Shown: positions 1-18,530, numbered from the stretch's first letter. The stretch is 64,000 nucleotides of DNA from the human T2T-CHM13v2.0 reference genome, Homo sapiens (GCA_009914755.4 CP068257.2:6336001-6400000); one strand, 5' to 3'. Made by a program: numbers and translations. The notes: generated from the letters alone by a model not told the origin.

Positions 1-2140
<2,140 letters not shown>

Positions 2141-3559
2141 AGAAACTGTGTGAACAAGGAATTCTTTGTCACATCTGTGCTTTGGTCAGTAATAGACCAG
2201 CAAGCAATTCATTCAGTCATTGTGGGTGTGGATCCAGGAGGACTTCCTGCGTCCATGGAAGGGATCATCCCTGCAGGCATCCCATTGACTCACAACCTCC
2301 CGACAGTGGCACATACTTCCCAAGCGCCCTCTCCCAACCAGCCCACAATCACGGGGACAATCGAGAGCACCCCAACGAGAAATAGTAGAGAATGCCGGAA
2401 GGTAATCATTTTGATACACTTGGGAACAAGGACAGTGAAAAATAGATGTACTAAGAGAAAAAGAATCTGACGCTCTTTTTAGCTGATTCTGGACATATGC
2501 ATCATTGATGTTGCAGTGTAAAAACTACAAGAGTTAGAAAGCTGAAGATGTCGTCTGTTTACGGAAGCTCTGAAAGACTAGGGTGTGATTTATTAATGAC
2601 CAGCTTCCGTTATTGTGTGTTAAGTTTTTGATATGTGCGTCAATTCACAAAGAATAAATAGTCCTTTTTCCTTTATCAGTACCTGGGGCACAGCAGGTCA
2701 GTAACACCCTGCTCAGAATGTTGCATCAAGACTTCAAACATCAAAATAAAAGCCATGAGGAGGAAATCCCCATTTTGTCACTTGAGTCCCTTCAGTCTAC
2801 AGGGACTGGTTACAGCTTTTTGCTAAAAGGAAGATCACATTACTAGAAAATGTGGAGTAAACTGTTTGCCTGTGGTAGACACCTGCACGCGTAGGATTGA
2901 AGACAGTACCGGCTCCTGTACAGAGAAGCGTCTCTCACATCTGAACTGCATGCTGAGTGGGCAAGTTGGTTGTAAGTTCAGTAAAAGCCTCCGATAATGC
3001 AAAAAAAAAACAGTATTAAGTTTCACAAGCTGTTTGTAATCAAAAATATTTTCTCAGTTTCAGATGCTCTGCTATTTTATTGAGTGGAAAGTCTTGCACT
3101 AAAAAGATTCAAGAAAAATAACGTTGCTTTTCCTTATGTCACAGGAAACACTTTTAATGGTAACTTGTCAGATTGTCTATGAACAAATGCACTTTTTAAG
3201 ACACTGATGAAGTCTTCTTTTATTCACATTGTATTTTATACAAGAACACTTCAGATGTATTGGATGTGACTGATTTTAACAAATCCTATTTGATTTGCAT
3301 CGATTGGTTACATGTTCTGTTCATAGTCTTTTGTGAATCATTGCCTTTTTGTTTAAAAAGATGGCCTATTTTGATCTTTTGATTAGGTACATTCCTGTTT
3401 TTGTGACAAAAGAAAAACTTTAAAATTGTCACAAACAGAAAAATAATGGCTATCAGAAGTATACTTTGTTTTAGTGCGAGTTACCGTTACTGTAGTTGTT
3501 TATTGTAAAGATGGACATTTAGCATTCAGTGCAGTTTTCAATAAAATGTAATTAGGAAA

Positions 3560-4450
3560 AAACTGCTTAATTAACAAAAACAGAGCATAGACAACAAAAT
3601 AATATTAGAAGTGATACATAAAGAAAACGAGATATCAACAAAATGATTTTTAGAAACCAACAAAAACTGTGTATCTGAATAACACGATAACTATATTAAA
3701 ATTTCAATCAACGGTCACAAAAGCAGACTAATAAAGCAGAAAAAATCATACAACTGATGTCACTGTAGTTATAAATACTGAGTCATGAAAACAAATTATT
3801 TAAACAGAATAGAGAAAAAAATATGGGACGTACTGCACACCATCAAGTAGACCATCGTATTTATAAAAGGAGTCTTAGAAAAACAATACAGCAGAAAAGT
3901 AATAAAGAGATTATTTTTAAAAAGTAGCTGAGAAATCCCCAGATGACAAGGTAATTAAACAAGAAGATATACTGCCAAACAAAAACCTTCAACTGGAATA
4001 ATTTCACTTCAGAAATAAAAAAAATAAGCCTTTCCAAAATAAATAAAAGTGGAGTGTGTTACTAACCACTAGATCAATCCTAAAGGAAATGTAAAACAAA
4101 GTCTCTCAAGTCCAAAAATGAAATGATGCTGCACAGCATCATAACAGCATATGAAAATAGAAAGTGCTATATTAAAGGTAAATATATAAACAGGTATAGA
4201 AATCTCTATCTACTGTCATAATGATGGTGCACAAAATTTTCAAAATATTGCTATGGAGTTTAAAAAATGAAGCACAAATCTGCATAAATGTGTGTTCATA
4301 GATACTCAATAACAGATAATATGTGATATTAATAACACAGTGGGGGTATGAAAAGGTACAACTTTGCGTTCAGTTGAAATATGGTTGTTATATATTGTCA
4401 TAACTGTAAGATGATTTATGAAGTCTTTATTTCTCAAGATGATTACCAAA
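3560..4450 (+). mobile_element. A-rich ancient LINE-like fragment (family not resolved)
   Basis: The sense strand is strongly A-rich with L1-like codon texture (K/E/N-rich reading frames). I have no diagnostic motif. Confidence 0.3.
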
Positions 4451-4457
4451 AAAACCT

Positions 4458-4800
4458 GTAGACCTCTGGTCATCCTCCCACTGCTACACTCCCACTAGCG
4501 CCACCACAGTTTACAAATGCCATGGCAATATCAGAAATTTACCCTACATGGTCTTAAGAAAAAAAAAAAGGAGGCACGAATAATCCACCCCTTGTTTAGG
4601 ATATTATCTAGAAATAACCATAAGAATGGGTAACCAGCAGCCCTCGGGCTGCTCTGTCTATAGAGTAGCCGTTCTTTTATTCTTCTACTTTCTTAATAAA
4701 CTTGCTATCACTTTACTCTATGGACTCACCCTGAATTCTTTCTTGCACCAGATCCAATAACCCTCTCTTGGAGTCTAGATCAGGATTCCTTTCCTATAAC
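4458..4800 (+). mobile_element. Probable solo LTR (ERV-derived; family not assigned)
   Basis: It starts TG...(tgtagacc) and ends ...ataaCA. An internal tctatagag TATA-like element is followed by ttaataaacttgct (AATAAA) and a short U5-like tail. Length is about 340 bp. Confidence 0.4.
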
Positions 4801-4983
4801 AGAAGGATGGGAAACAACTGGAACCTTCATCAACAGCTGGCAGAGTGTAAACTGATACAGCCACTGCAAAATTTTTAGCAGTATCTCCTAAAACTGTACG
4901 TACACTCTATAAAACACTTGCACTCCCAGATACAGATCAAATTAAAGTACACACGTGTGCACCAAAAGTACAAGAAATTTCAG

Positions 4984-5293
4984 GGCCGGACACAGTGGCT
5001 CATGCCTGTAATTCCAGCACTTTGGGAGGCCGAGGCAGGCAGATCACCTGAGGTCAGGAGTTCGAGACCAGCCCGGCCAATATGGCAATACCCCGTCTCT
5101 ACTAAAAAAATAATTAGCCAGACGTGGTGGTGGGCACTGTAATCCCAGCTTCTTGGGAGGCTCAGGCAGGGAGAATTGCTTGAACCCAGGAGGTGGAGGT
5201 TGCAGTGAGCTGAGATTGTGCCATTGCACTCCAGCCTGGGCGACAAGAGCAAGACTCTATCTCCAAAAAAAAAAAAGAAAGAAAGAAAGAAAG
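4984..5293 (+). mobile_element. Alu (full length) with (GAAA)n tail
   Basis: ggccggacacagtggctcatgcctgtaatcccagcactttgggaggccgagg ... gcactccagcctgggcgacaagagcaagactc, then poly-A and gaaagaaagaaag. Confidence 0.95.
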
Positions 5294-6700
5294 TTTATAA
5301 TGGCATTACTCATAATGGACCCAAGCTTGGAAGAACTTAATGTCAGCCAAGAGCAGAACAGATAAACATATTGTGCAATATTAGTAAAGCTGAATGCACA
5401 CAACAATAAACAAACCACAGCCATGTGCAACACCATGGATAGAGCTCACAAGCCTAAAGCTGAGAAAAGAAGCCAAAAGAAAAGATCCCATTTATAAAGC
5501 GAATAATAGGAAAACTAATCTATAGTGTAAAAAGTCAGAATAGGAGATAACTTTTGCTTGAGCCCAGTAGATTGAGCTGGGTGTGGCATGTGTGCCTCCT
5601 GTCCCAGCTACTCAGGAGGCTAAGGTGGGAGGATCGCTTGAGTCAGGGAGATTGAGGCTGCAGTGAGCCATGATCATGCCACTGCACTCCAGCTGGGGTG
5701 ACAGAGCAAGACTCTGTCTCAAAAGACAAGATGGTCATTTTAGGCCAGGCGTGGTGGCTCATGCCTGTAATCCCAGCACTTTGGGACGCCAAGGCGGGCA
5801 GATCACCCTGTCTTGGGAGGAGGTAAGAGCAGCAACTAAAATGAAACAGAAGAGAGACTTCTGGGTTGTTGGTCATATCCATTTCTTAGGTGTTAACTAT
5901 GTGAAAATTTTGAGTTGTATGTTCATGATCTCCTTACCTGTATGCCTCTTATACCACAATAAAAAAAATTAAGTATGAGACTAACATAATAGAGCTTAAA
6001 ATGTGCAGAAATTGAGGGAGCTCGCCCAAGGAAACCATTACTAAACAGATACTAAAAGATTTCAGACAGGAGGAAAATGATCCCAAGTGGAAGATCTGGG
6101 ATATAAGAAGAAATGAAGAGCAGGAAAAAGACAGGTGAATATATGGATAAAACTAAACAAATGTGAAATGTATAAAACAATAGAAGTAATGTCCCATGAA
6201 ATATAAAAAGAAAAATGATAAAATATATCAAAACAAATTTGATGGATCACAAGATAATTATGCTGAATAAAAAAATTCAATCTCAAAATATTAGACAGTG
6301 TATGGTTTCATTTACATGTGTTCTTGAAATAAAGTTACAGAGATGAAAAACAGATTATTGGTTGCCAGGGGTCAGGGAGTGAGGAACGTGTTTGTGACTA
6401 TAAAATGGGTAGCAAAAGGGATCCATCCTTCTGATGGAACTCTTCTATATCTTGACGATGGTGATGGTGATTAGGTATCTAATCTATGTACACGATAAAA
6501 TTTCATAGAACTAAATACACAAAAAAACCTAAAAGTGCACATAAAACTGGTAAAATCTGAACAAGGTAGTTATGCAAGACGTTACCACTGGGAGAAACTG
6601 AGTGAAGACTATATGGGATTTCTTTATATTATTTCTTAAAAGCACCTGTGAATCTGCAATAATGTCAAAACAAAAAGTTGAAAATATACTGTTGTAGCAT
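5294..6700 (+). mobile_element. Ancient L1 (L1M/L1P-like) 3' end, interrupted by two Alu fragments (5570-5723, 5743-5815)
   Basis: It contains the classic old-L1 3'UTR motif ttattggttgccaggggtcagggagtgagg at about 6355. Alu fragments: gctgggtgtggcatgtgtgcctcctgtcccagctactcaggaggc, and ggccaggcgtggtggctcatgcctgtaatcccagcactttggga. Confidence 0.55.
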
Positions 6701-7142
6701 AACTCAAGAGGAGTTTAATGCAATGAATGTATTCTTAAGTTATCCTATCACCCAGGAGGAGGATAAATTTTCAACTTTCATAACTTAAATATGCACATTT
6801 AAATTAGCATGACAGTTACTAAAAGAATATAAACAAAGACTAACTTAAAATGACTAGAGAAAAAAAATATCTCACCAATTGAAAAGAAGGCAAGAAAGGA
6901 AGAAAGAAACATAAGTAGGATAAATAGAAAGTGACAAAATGACACAAACACATATGCATGTACATACACACCACTCACAATCTATACAGAATCCAAGTAT
7001 GTCAGAATACAAATACATGCAAATGGACTAACTAATCCAGTTAAAGATGGATAAATTGTTAAAATCCCATTCCATGCTATTTATAAGTCATATTTAAAAT
7101 ACAAAGATATAGAATGATTTTAAAAGGTATTAAAATACGTAT

Positions 7143-7445
7143 CAGAGGAGCCGGACTTGGCGGCACATGCCTATAATCCCAGTTACTCAGGAAGCAGAAG
7201 CGAGAGGATCACTTGAGACCAAGAGCTCAAGACCAGTCTGGGCAATATAGCCAAACTCTATCTCTAAATAAATAAAAACAATTATTTGGCAGTGGTGGCA
7301 CACAACACTCTAAAGACTGAGGTAGGAGGATCATTTGAGCCCAGGAGTTTAAGGCAGCAGGGAGCCACAGACAAGTCTGTGAACAGCCCCTGCACTATAG
7401 CCTGGGCAGCACAGTGGAAAAAAAAAATACACACACACACACACA
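7143..7445 (+). mobile_element. Old Alu (two monomer-like halves), followed by (CA)n 7430-7452
   Basis: ggagccggacttggcggcacatgcctataatcccagttactcaggaagcagaag ... and ggcagtggtggcacacaacactctaaagactgaggtaggaggatcatttgagcccaggagtt ... ctgggcagcacagtggaaaaaaaaaa, then acacacacacacacacacac. Confidence 0.7.
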
Positions 7446-8039
7446 CACACGTGAAAGATACACAGTGCAAAGTCTAACCAAAGTTACTATAGCTATATCA
7501 TACATAATGTTGAAAGCATACATAAATGAAGGAAAACATTTCATTTTGATAAAAGTTCAAATTAAAAAAAAAAGATGTATATTTTTTGAATCATATGCAC
7601 CCAAGTACAGCCTCAAAAAGCAAAAGTTGACAGATGAGGAGACAGACAAATCCATGCTTCTAGTAGGATATTTAATATATCTCTCAGTAAATAAAGTATA
7701 AAAATAATTAAGGAGGATGAAGATTTAAAATTATGAAAAAATAGACTCAATGCACACATACAGAACATGAGATTTAACTGCAGAAATAGACTTCCCTTCA
7801 AGAAAATTTGGACAAGTTCAAAAATTAACCATATATACGAGTGTTTAAACAAGTAACAAATTTCAAAGAAAGTGGACAGATCACAATTTCTGGTAACAAT
7901 TTTAGAAACTTTCTAAAAGTATACTTTTAAATAGCCCATAGCTTGAAGATAAAATAAGGCAAATTCATCATCAATTCTACATATTAAAAACTGTAGGATA
8001 TAATTAAATCTATTCATAAGGGGAAAATTATAGTCTGTT

Positions 8040-8247
8040 ATTTTTTTTTGAGATGGGGTCTCACTATGTCACCCCGGCTGGAGTGCAGTAGCACAATCTT
8101 GGCTTACTACCCTCCACCTCCTGGGCTCAAGTGAGCCTCCCACCTCAGCCTCCCGAGTAGCTGGGACCACAGGCTCACACAGCCACGCCTGGCTAATTTT
8201 GTGTGTGTTTGGTAGAGATAAAGTTTCACCATGCTGTCCAGGCTGGG
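8040..8247 (-). mobile_element. Alu (partial, ~210 bp)
   Basis: tttttttttgagatggggtctcactatgtcaccccggctggagtgcagtagcacaatcttggcttactaccctccacctcctgggctcaagtgagcctcccacctcagcctcccgagtagctggg. Confidence 0.9.
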
Positions 8248-8310
8248 GAAATTTATAGTCTTAAATGAGAACATTAGAAAAGGAACTTGGAAAAAACATC
8301 AACAGATTAG

Positions 8311-8600
<290 letters not shown>

Positions 8601-8732
8601 CTAAGCATCAGTCAATAAATCAGACAAAGAACAAGTTAAATTCAAAGATAGAAAAAGGAAAAACATAACAAACAAATGAAATACAAAAAAAACACACAAT
8701 AGAATCAGCCAAGCTAAAACTTGTGGTTTTTT

Positions 8733-8889
8733 TGGTTTTCAGATAGATGGGTCTCATTCTGTTGCCCAGGCTGGAGTGTAGTGGCTCAGTCACAGCTTAG
8801 AACAGCCTCCCCCTTACAGGCTCAAGTGATCCTCCCACCTTTGCCTCACAAAGTGCTGGGATTACAGGTATGAGCCACCATGCCCTGCT
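8733..8889 (-). mobile_element. Alu fragment
   Basis: gggtctcattctgttgcccaggctggagtgtagtggctcagtcacagcttag ... cctcacaaagtgctgggattacaggtatgagccaccatgccc. Confidence 0.85.
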
Positions 8890-9021
8890 AAAATCTGGTT
8901 CTTTAAAAATACATTATAAAATTCACAGACCTTTAGCAAGATTTGTCAAGAAAAAGCAATCAAAAAACAATCTTGCACAGGAGGACTGTACTACAGATAG
9001 AAAGACTCTGAAAGGAAGTCA

Positions 9022-9324
<303 letters not shown>

Positions 9325-9379
9325 TCATAATGTAAAATTATGAATACCTTTATGCCAACAGACTTTAAAGCATAGATGA

Positions 9380-9678
<299 letters not shown>

Positions 9679-10028
9679 ATGAATTTCTAGGAAAAAAAAT
9701 CGAAATTCACTCAAAAAATAGAAACAAACTTACATAGATTAAATATATTGAATCAGTAATGAAAAAACTTCCCATAAAGAAATTTCCAGGCCCAAGTGCC
9801 TTCACCAAAAAGTTCCAGGAAACATACAAGAGAAACCAACCAACCAAACAAAAAAAAACTCTGCCACTAACACAAACAGAGAATATAAAAAGAAGACTCC
9901 CCAGTTCATTTTACAAGGTTAAAATAAAAATAACCTTGATATCAAAACCCAACAAGGCTAGTGCAAGAAAAAATATTTACAGGCCATCATTATTCAACGT
10001 GGATCAGAAATTATTTTTAAGATGTACT

Positions 10029-10320
10029 GGCCAGGTGTGGTGGTCATGCCTATAATCCTAGTATTTTGGGAGGTCCGGGTGAGAGGATAGCCTGAGCTCA
10101 GGAGTTTGAGACCAGCCTGGGCAACAAGGCAAAATCCCATCTTTATAAAAAATACAAAAATTAGCTGGGCATGGCAGCACACCTATAGACCAGCTATTCG
10201 GGAGGCTGAGGTGGGAGGATCACTTGAGCCTAGCAGGTTGAGAATGCAGTGATCCCTGATTATGTCACTGTGCTCCAGCCTGGGCAACAGAGTGAGACCC
10301 TGTCTCAAAACAACAACAGA
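10029..10320 (+). mobile_element. Alu (full length) inserted into old L1
   Basis: ggccaggtgtggtggtcatgcctataatcctagtattttgggaggtccgggtgagagg ... ctccagcctgggcaacagagtgagaccctgtctcaaaacaacaac. Confidence 0.95.
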
Positions 10321-12659
10321 AAGATATACTGACCATCTGTGATGCTGGCCAGGATGGCGTATGCATGCTACGGCATGTCGTTTCCACTGATCACAATTTG
10401 AAACTCTGGACAAAATATAAATAGCAATGACCCAAGTACTCTGAAAAGTAACCAGCAGACAGGTTGGGAAATGTAAAAACCTGAAGAATTATCTGGATGG
10501 CGGTGGTGAGAGATCATATTCTGGGTCATAAAACAAACCCTAAAGTTAAACAATTAAAATTCAGTGAATTATTTTCTCTGATGACAGAATTAAACTGGGA
10601 ATCTAGAACATTTCTAGAACATCCCCTAATATGAGAAGTTAAATGGCGTACTTCTAAATGGCCCATAGGTCAAAGAGAGTAACTTAAGACAAATTGGAAA
10701 ACAGTTTGAACTTAATAAATATGACATCATCTTATCAAAATATGTGCTTACAGGGCAATTTATTTACTTCAAGTAAAAAAAGAACCAAATAAACTCAAAT
10801 CAGGCATAAGGAAAACAGACTAAATCAGTAATATTTAAACAAAAACAGTAAAGGAAAAAAATTCAACGAAATCCAAAGTTGGTTCTTTGCAGGGGTGGTG
10901 GGAGGTGGAAATCAATCAAATGAGGAAGCCTCTAGCAGACTGACAAAGGAAGAAGAGAAAACACAAATTGCCAATACCAGAAATGAAAGGAATATTATTA
11001 CAAATCCTGTAGACACTAGAAGGCTATAATGGATACTACAAAAACAAAACAAACAAGTATGTGCTTCTAAATTCTACAAATTAGGTGAAATAGATCAATT
11101 CCTTGAAAGACAGGCTACCAAAACTCAAGAAGAAACAGACAGCTTGAATACCCCTGTATTTATTAAAGAAACAGAAGTGGCACAGCACTTTGGAAGACAA
11201 TTTGGCAGGTTCTGATAAAGTCAAACGTACATGTGACTCGGCAATCCTACCCTTAGGCATTTGCACAAGTGAAATGAAAACCTATGCTCAGACAAAAAGC
11301 ACTTTGTGAATTCCAATCCACTTATAGTTTACCAAAAAGTGAAAATAGTCCATATTCCTCCAATGACAAACCAATAAGCAAACCATGTAGTATTTATACA
11401 ATGGATTACTATTTGGCAATAATAAGGAATAACTGTTGATACAGTACATGAAAGTAGCCAGACTCAAAAGGCTACGTACTGAACGATTCCATTTGTATAA
11501 AATTCTGAAAAAAAGCAATGCTAGAGGAACACAGATCAGTGATTGCCAGAATTTACAATGGAAGGCTTTACTATAAAGGGCAAGGTAATTTTTGGAGTGA
11601 TCATATAATTTTGTAATCTACCAAAAACAAACATAATAAATGGGCAGATAAGTAAAGTTCACGGATTGGAAAGTTCAATATTGCAAAAGTCTCCCAAAAA
11701 TGACCTATCAATTTAATCCCAGTGGAAATTCCAATCAGTTTTGTGAAGGCTGCTAAGTCAACTCTAAAATGGCCAAGAATAGACAAGATCACCGGAGAGG
11801 AAGCAGGGAGGTGGACACTAGTATCTTCTGATTGATGAGTGAAATCATTAGAAGGCCAGCAAAAATACAAGTAAGCCAGAATTTCTAAAGCACCACAAAA
11901 GAACACTAGTTAGTACCGCATATAGGTATCTCCCAAATTTGTTGTAAACATAGGCCTTTAAAAAATATTAGAAACTGATATTTAAAGAGATATAAACTCA
12001 TATTAAGCTTTTAAAAAATTCTAAGCCAGGGCCTCGCCTAATTTCATAAAAGGTTGTGTAGAACCAACCATTCCTTCAAACGATGTGCTGCCCTGAGATG
12101 TGAGGATCCCAGTGGTCCCTCTGGGTCAACAGCAGCTACCGCGGCTGAGCCCAAACTCTGAAACATTATCTATCTACAATCATTATTTTTAACAATTTAT
12201 ATCAATGCTACCCGTAAGGCACAGAGAAGCAGAAAAGTTTATGTGGCCTCCTGCCAAAAACAATCACTTGCACTTATTTCTAGGTCTACTACAGAAGACA
12301 GTATTAGAAGTTTTTCAATTTAGAAAAATATTTACAGCAAAGAAAAAAATCTCTGTAAATTTCCCGCTTAACCAATCTAGTGAATTATGATGAGCTATAT
12401 TAATTCATTTAGCCACCTTATGAAAGACTTAATCCAAAGTCACTTCTAACTTCTAGAAGAGCTAATGTATTATAATAACAGTTGTGAAAGACTCAAAGGC
12501 CAGAAATGTCAAGGTGTGGTCTATATCCTAAGTCCAGAAAAAAAACAAAAAGCCACATGTACAGGCCAAATGATTGCCAATTTCTTCTGCCTATGTCATC
12601 TTTCTTCACTATAGCCTGAAATTACATTTCATGTTTGACAATTCTCAGCAAGAAGACAA

Positions 12660-14155
<1,496 letters not shown>

Positions 14156-14162
14156 AACAATA

Positions 14163-14200
14163 TACATATATATACATATAAATGTATATATATATGTATA

Positions 14201-14265
<65 letters not shown>
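14163..14265. repeat. Compound microsatellite (TA)n/(TG)n/(TATG)n
   Basis: atatacatatatatacatataaatgtatatatatatgtatatgtgtgtgtgtgtatatatatatatatat ... Confidence 0.95.
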
Positions 14266-14267
<2 letters not shown>

Positions 14268-14547
14268 AGATAGAGGCTTGCTCTGTCACCAGACTGGAGT
14301 GCAGTAGTGGCGCGGTCTCGGCTTACTGCAAACTCTGCCTCCTAGGTTCAAGGATTCTCCTGCCTCAGCCTCCTAAGTAGCTGGGATTACAGGCACCTGC
14401 CGCCACACTTAGTTAATTTTTGTATTTTTAGTAGAGACGGGGTTTCACCATGTTGGCCAGGATGGTCTCTATCTCTTGACCTTGTGATCTGCCTGCTTCA
14501 GCCTCCCAAAGTGCTAGGATTACAGGTGTGAGCCACCGTGCCCAGCC
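14266..14547 (-). mobile_element. Alu (full length)
   Basis: tgagatagaggcttgctctgtcaccagactggagtgcagtagtggcgcggtctcggcttactgc ... cctcccaaagtgctaggattacaggtgtgagccaccgtgcccagcc. Confidence 0.95.
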
Positions 14548-14725
14548 CGATTTTAACCAGTCTTAAGTGTGCAGTTATCGGCATTAAGTGCATTCATGTT
14601 GTTGTACAACCATCACCACCATCCATCTCCAGAACATTCTTATCATCCCGAAGTGAAACTCTGCACCCAGTAAGCAATAAGCCCTCATTCCTCTCTACCC
14701 CAGCCTCTGGCAACCACCAAACTAC

Positions 14726-15026
14726 CTTTTTTTTTTTTTTGCTTTTTTCTGACAGGGTCTTACTCTGTCGCCCAGGTTGGAGTACAGTGGCATGATCATA
14801 GTTCACTGAAAGCTTGAACTCCCAGATTCAAGTGATCCAACCCACTTCAGCCTCCCCAGTAGTTGGGACTATAGGTATGTTCCACCACACCTGACTTTTC
14901 TTTTTAAAGTAGAGATGAGGTCTCACTATGTTGTCTAGCCTGGTCTTGAATTCTTGGGCTGAAGTGATCCTCCCGCCTTATCCTTCCAAGATGTTGGGAT
15001 TATAGGAATGAGCCACTGAGCCTGAC
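14726..15026 (-). mobile_element. Alu (full length, diverged)
   Basis: tttttttttttttttgcttttttctgacagggtcttactctgtcgcccaggttggagtacagtggcatgatcatag ... ccttccaagatgttgggattataggaatgagccactgagcctgac. Confidence 0.9.
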
Positions 15027-16184
15027 TATCATTCTACTTTGTTTCTATGAATTTTACTGATTTAGGTATCTCATATAAGTGGAATCATATATAAGGGAGG
15101 AAAAATATTTTTCCTCCACCTTTCTAATTTCTTGGCTGGAGCTCTTGTACCAAAAGACAGATTAACAAGAGAAAAGCATACACATTTACTTAACATAAGT
15201 TTTATATGACACAGAAAAAATGGACTTTTCTGGAAGTAACTTGATATAACTAGGAGCCTTTGTAAGGAAATAAAGACCTGAAGAAACAGTTAAACCTATG
15301 TCTTTTTATATTAGGTTTGTCAAAAGACTAAATTACAACAAATTAGGTTTTATATTAAGTTTATCAGAGGACTACAACAAATTTATAGATTTAATTGGCT
15401 TTTATTCATGATTCATGAATCTGGGCACCTTTCACTCTACAAAACAGAATGAGAGTTCCCACTGGGCAATAGCAGAACCACAGGTTTTATGAGGTAGCAA
15501 CAAGGAAACAGAATAGAAAAACCTGATTGGTTAACATCAAGCTTCTTCAGTTACTTTTTTGTAATGGTTAAAGCAGAGGGGACTTCCTTCTTCCACTGAT
15601 TCAAGTAGACTGGAATCTCATGTTTTCAAGAAAAACTGGTCTGTTTGGGGATCTGCTTCCTTAAAGTTTCAGTTTGATGACACAGCATTTAGCATAAGTA
15701 ATTCAATTTTGGTTTGGTCTGATCTGTTGAAGGCTAGTGCAGGAGCCCAGCCCAAAAGAATGGCCTCCCATCATTTTTAACAGTTTGATAAAAAGTGGAG
15801 AGAAGCAGAAAATTGCAAGAGGAAAAAAAGGGGTAGGAGCTACGTGTAGTAAACTGGGAGGAACAGCAGGACCTATCATTCAGATTCCTCTCAGCGTTAT
15901 CTTCAGAGAGAAGGATGCTCCTTCCTCCAGGGACAGGGACGGCATCTCTCACCCAAGGGCCTTGTGGCCTACATCAGAGAAGAGGGTGGGAAGGTCAGAG
16001 TGTCCTTCCTATCATTTCTGAGATTCCTTCAGCTTCAAACATTCAATAAGCTAAGGTGGCTATTTTGGAGATTATCAAGAAGCTGATCACATAAAATACT
16101 TGTTCTTTGGTGACTGGTTTATTTCACGTGGCATAATGTCTTCCATGTTCATCCATGGTGTAGCATGTGTCAGAATTGCCTTTC

Positions 16185-16330
16185 TCTGTAAGCCTGAATA
16201 GTATTCTACTGCATATAGTGTGTATAAACCATATTTTGTTTATTCATTTGCAGATAGACATTTGGCTTGCTTCCACCTTTTGGCTATTATGGATAATGCA
16301 ACGGTATATTTTAACTACAGATCTTTTTAC
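16185..16330 (-). mobile_element. Old L1 ORF2 C-terminal fragment (antisense)
   Basis: ctgaatagtattctactgcatatagtgtgtataaaccatattttgtttattcatttgcagatagacatttgg ... ggctattatggataatgc resembles the reverse complement of the L1 ggctgagtagtattccat ... tttctttatcca ... tgatgggcatttgg region. Confidence 0.35.
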
Positions 16331-16501
16331 ACCAAATAGACATAAACAATCAAAAGAATTTATCCTAGGCCCACAGAGAAGGCAGATGGGGTCCCTGATC
16401 GATTACAGGGGTTCTCTTTTTAAAATGACTTCTTCATAAGCTTATGTGAGGGGAATACTGACAGTACCTACTTTTTATAGATGGAAATTCTATTTAAGAG
16501 C

Positions 16502-16803
<302 letters not shown>

Positions 16804-17020
16804 AATTCTCATTACTTTCTCATATTACACAGAGGAGCTAAATATGACAATTAACTAAACTGAAGAAAGACAAACTGCTAATCTCAAGCAGTTATTACAA
16901 ACTGTCAAGTTAATATAGATAGCAATCTGCAGTTTGAAAATGCCAATCACTACAAATCACAGGGAAAACATCTGTGCTTCAGTGGAAACACTACACATTG
17001 TTTAGATCACACTCCTTCAG

Positions 17021-17310
17021 TTTTTTGAGATAGGATCTCCCTCCGTCACCCAGACTGGAATGCAAGGGTATGATCCTAGCTCACAGCAACCTCCACTTCC
17101 CTGGCTCAAGGGATTCTCCCACCTCAGCCTCCTGAGTAGCTGGGACTACAGGCTCATGCCATCATGCCCAGCTAATTTTTGGAACTTTTTTTTGTAGAGA
17201 GAGGGTCTATGTTGCTCAGGCTGGTCTCGAACTCCTGGGGTCAAGTGATCTGTCTACCTCAACCTCCCAAAGTGCTGAGATAACAGGCGTGAGCCACTGC
17301 ACCCAGCCCC
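17021..17310 (-). mobile_element. Alu (full length, older subfamily)
   Basis: ttttttgagataggatctccctccgtcacccagactggaatgcaagggtatgatcctagctcacagcaacc ... cctcccaaagtgctgagataacaggcgtgagccactgcacccagccc. Confidence 0.9.
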
Positions 17311-18404
17311 TTTAAGGTTTTCTAGTCTAGCCTTTCACCTGTTTTATGGTATGTGAAGTTGAAAAGAACTGATAATGCAAATGACTCTTGTTTATAAACA
17401 TGCAAATCAACCCGCCTTGGAAAGACAATCCTTCTCCATGTGGCAAAGCCACTTATGCATCAATTTCCAGTTTATTTCAATATTCTGAGTAATAGATGTG
17501 TCCATCCCTTTGGATTCCCTTTTGAACTGCTTGTAACATCTCACTGCTCACTTCATTAATAAAATATTTAACATTTATATCTATATGAGTGATAGTTTTT
17601 CCTGTTTTTGAAAAGTTACCCTTTAACAAATATAACATGCACAGGTGAGATAATGCCATGCTTCTCCTTCTCAAAGTATGGCCTGCGGAAGGAGCAGCCT
17701 GGTGCTCCCTCACAGTATTTTTAACAGAAACGCAGAACACTGGGCCCCACCTCAGGAGTGTGGAGTTGTAGCCGGATCCCTTTCACTGACACATTAAAGT
17801 TAGAGCCACCCTAGGTTAATACACATCACTGACTGGCCTCAAGGAATAGGAGTGTTGGATCTATCAGTCTCTCCCAACCATTACCTTGGCTTTGCCAAGT
17901 GCTTTCTGCCTGCCAAGCTCACTCTTAGATCAGATGGGGCCTCCCTGCCAGCAGTTCTACGTCATCCCTCCGCACCTAAGTCAACTCCGGAGTTCACAGA
18001 CCTCACTTCTGATCTCCACCGCCCCTCCTCCCCTTCTACGGTGACTCAAAACTTCAGGCAGTGAAAATAAGGAGACTCACAAACTAGGAGACTACAGCTT
18101 CAGACCACACATTTTCCACTGAGCCAATACCTGAGCAAAAACTAGTTTTCTGGAGTTGGGGGGATGAGGAAGATTTGATATTGAAAGTGTCCTTGGTGGC
18201 CTTTCAAAGCTCAACATCATCTAACAAAAATTTTATTCCTTTTTCATTCTGTTAGGGAATGTTTAGTTTTTCCTCTTTGATAATGAAAATTTGGTTAACA
18301 AACATTGCTTTAGACCAATCTTCCTTTTCACAAATCACTGAGGTGTGTCTATCCACAAGTTCTCAGTCCAGCCTACATTTTCCAGTCTTCCATTTACCTA
18401 TTCA

Positions 18405-18530
18405 ACTAATACCTGAGTGCCTGGCATGTGTCCGCCCTGCGAACATGCTGGTGACAGTGTGAGCAGGCAGGGCTGGTTCCTGTACTCATGAAGCTTACAC
18501 TACCTGAGGCTGGGGTGTAGAAATCGACAC
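18405..18530 (+). mobile_element. MIR fragment (5' part)
   Basis: acctgagtgcctggcatgtgtccgccctgcgaacatgctggtgacagtgtgagcaggcagggctggttcctgtactcatgaagcttacactacctgaggctgggg resembles the MIR consensus start (tgagcacctactatgtgccaggcactgtgctagg ... ggagcttacagtctag). Confidence 0.5.

Noticed and set aside
2150-2470. Three overlapping ORFs (2,150-2,470 +, 2,182-2,385 +, 2,213-2,419 -) as a coding exon
   Set aside because: Open reading in all these frames at once indicates local stop-codon depletion rather than coding. There are no recognisable motifs. It is kept only as part of the low-confidence 3'UTR or retrocopy hypothesis.
5570-5815. Possible single rearranged Alu versus two separate fragments
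   Set aside because: The right-arm-like piece (5,570-5,723) precedes a left-arm-like piece (5,743-5,815), which is the wrong order for one Alu. I treated them as two independent truncated insertions within the old L1, and folded them into that feature.
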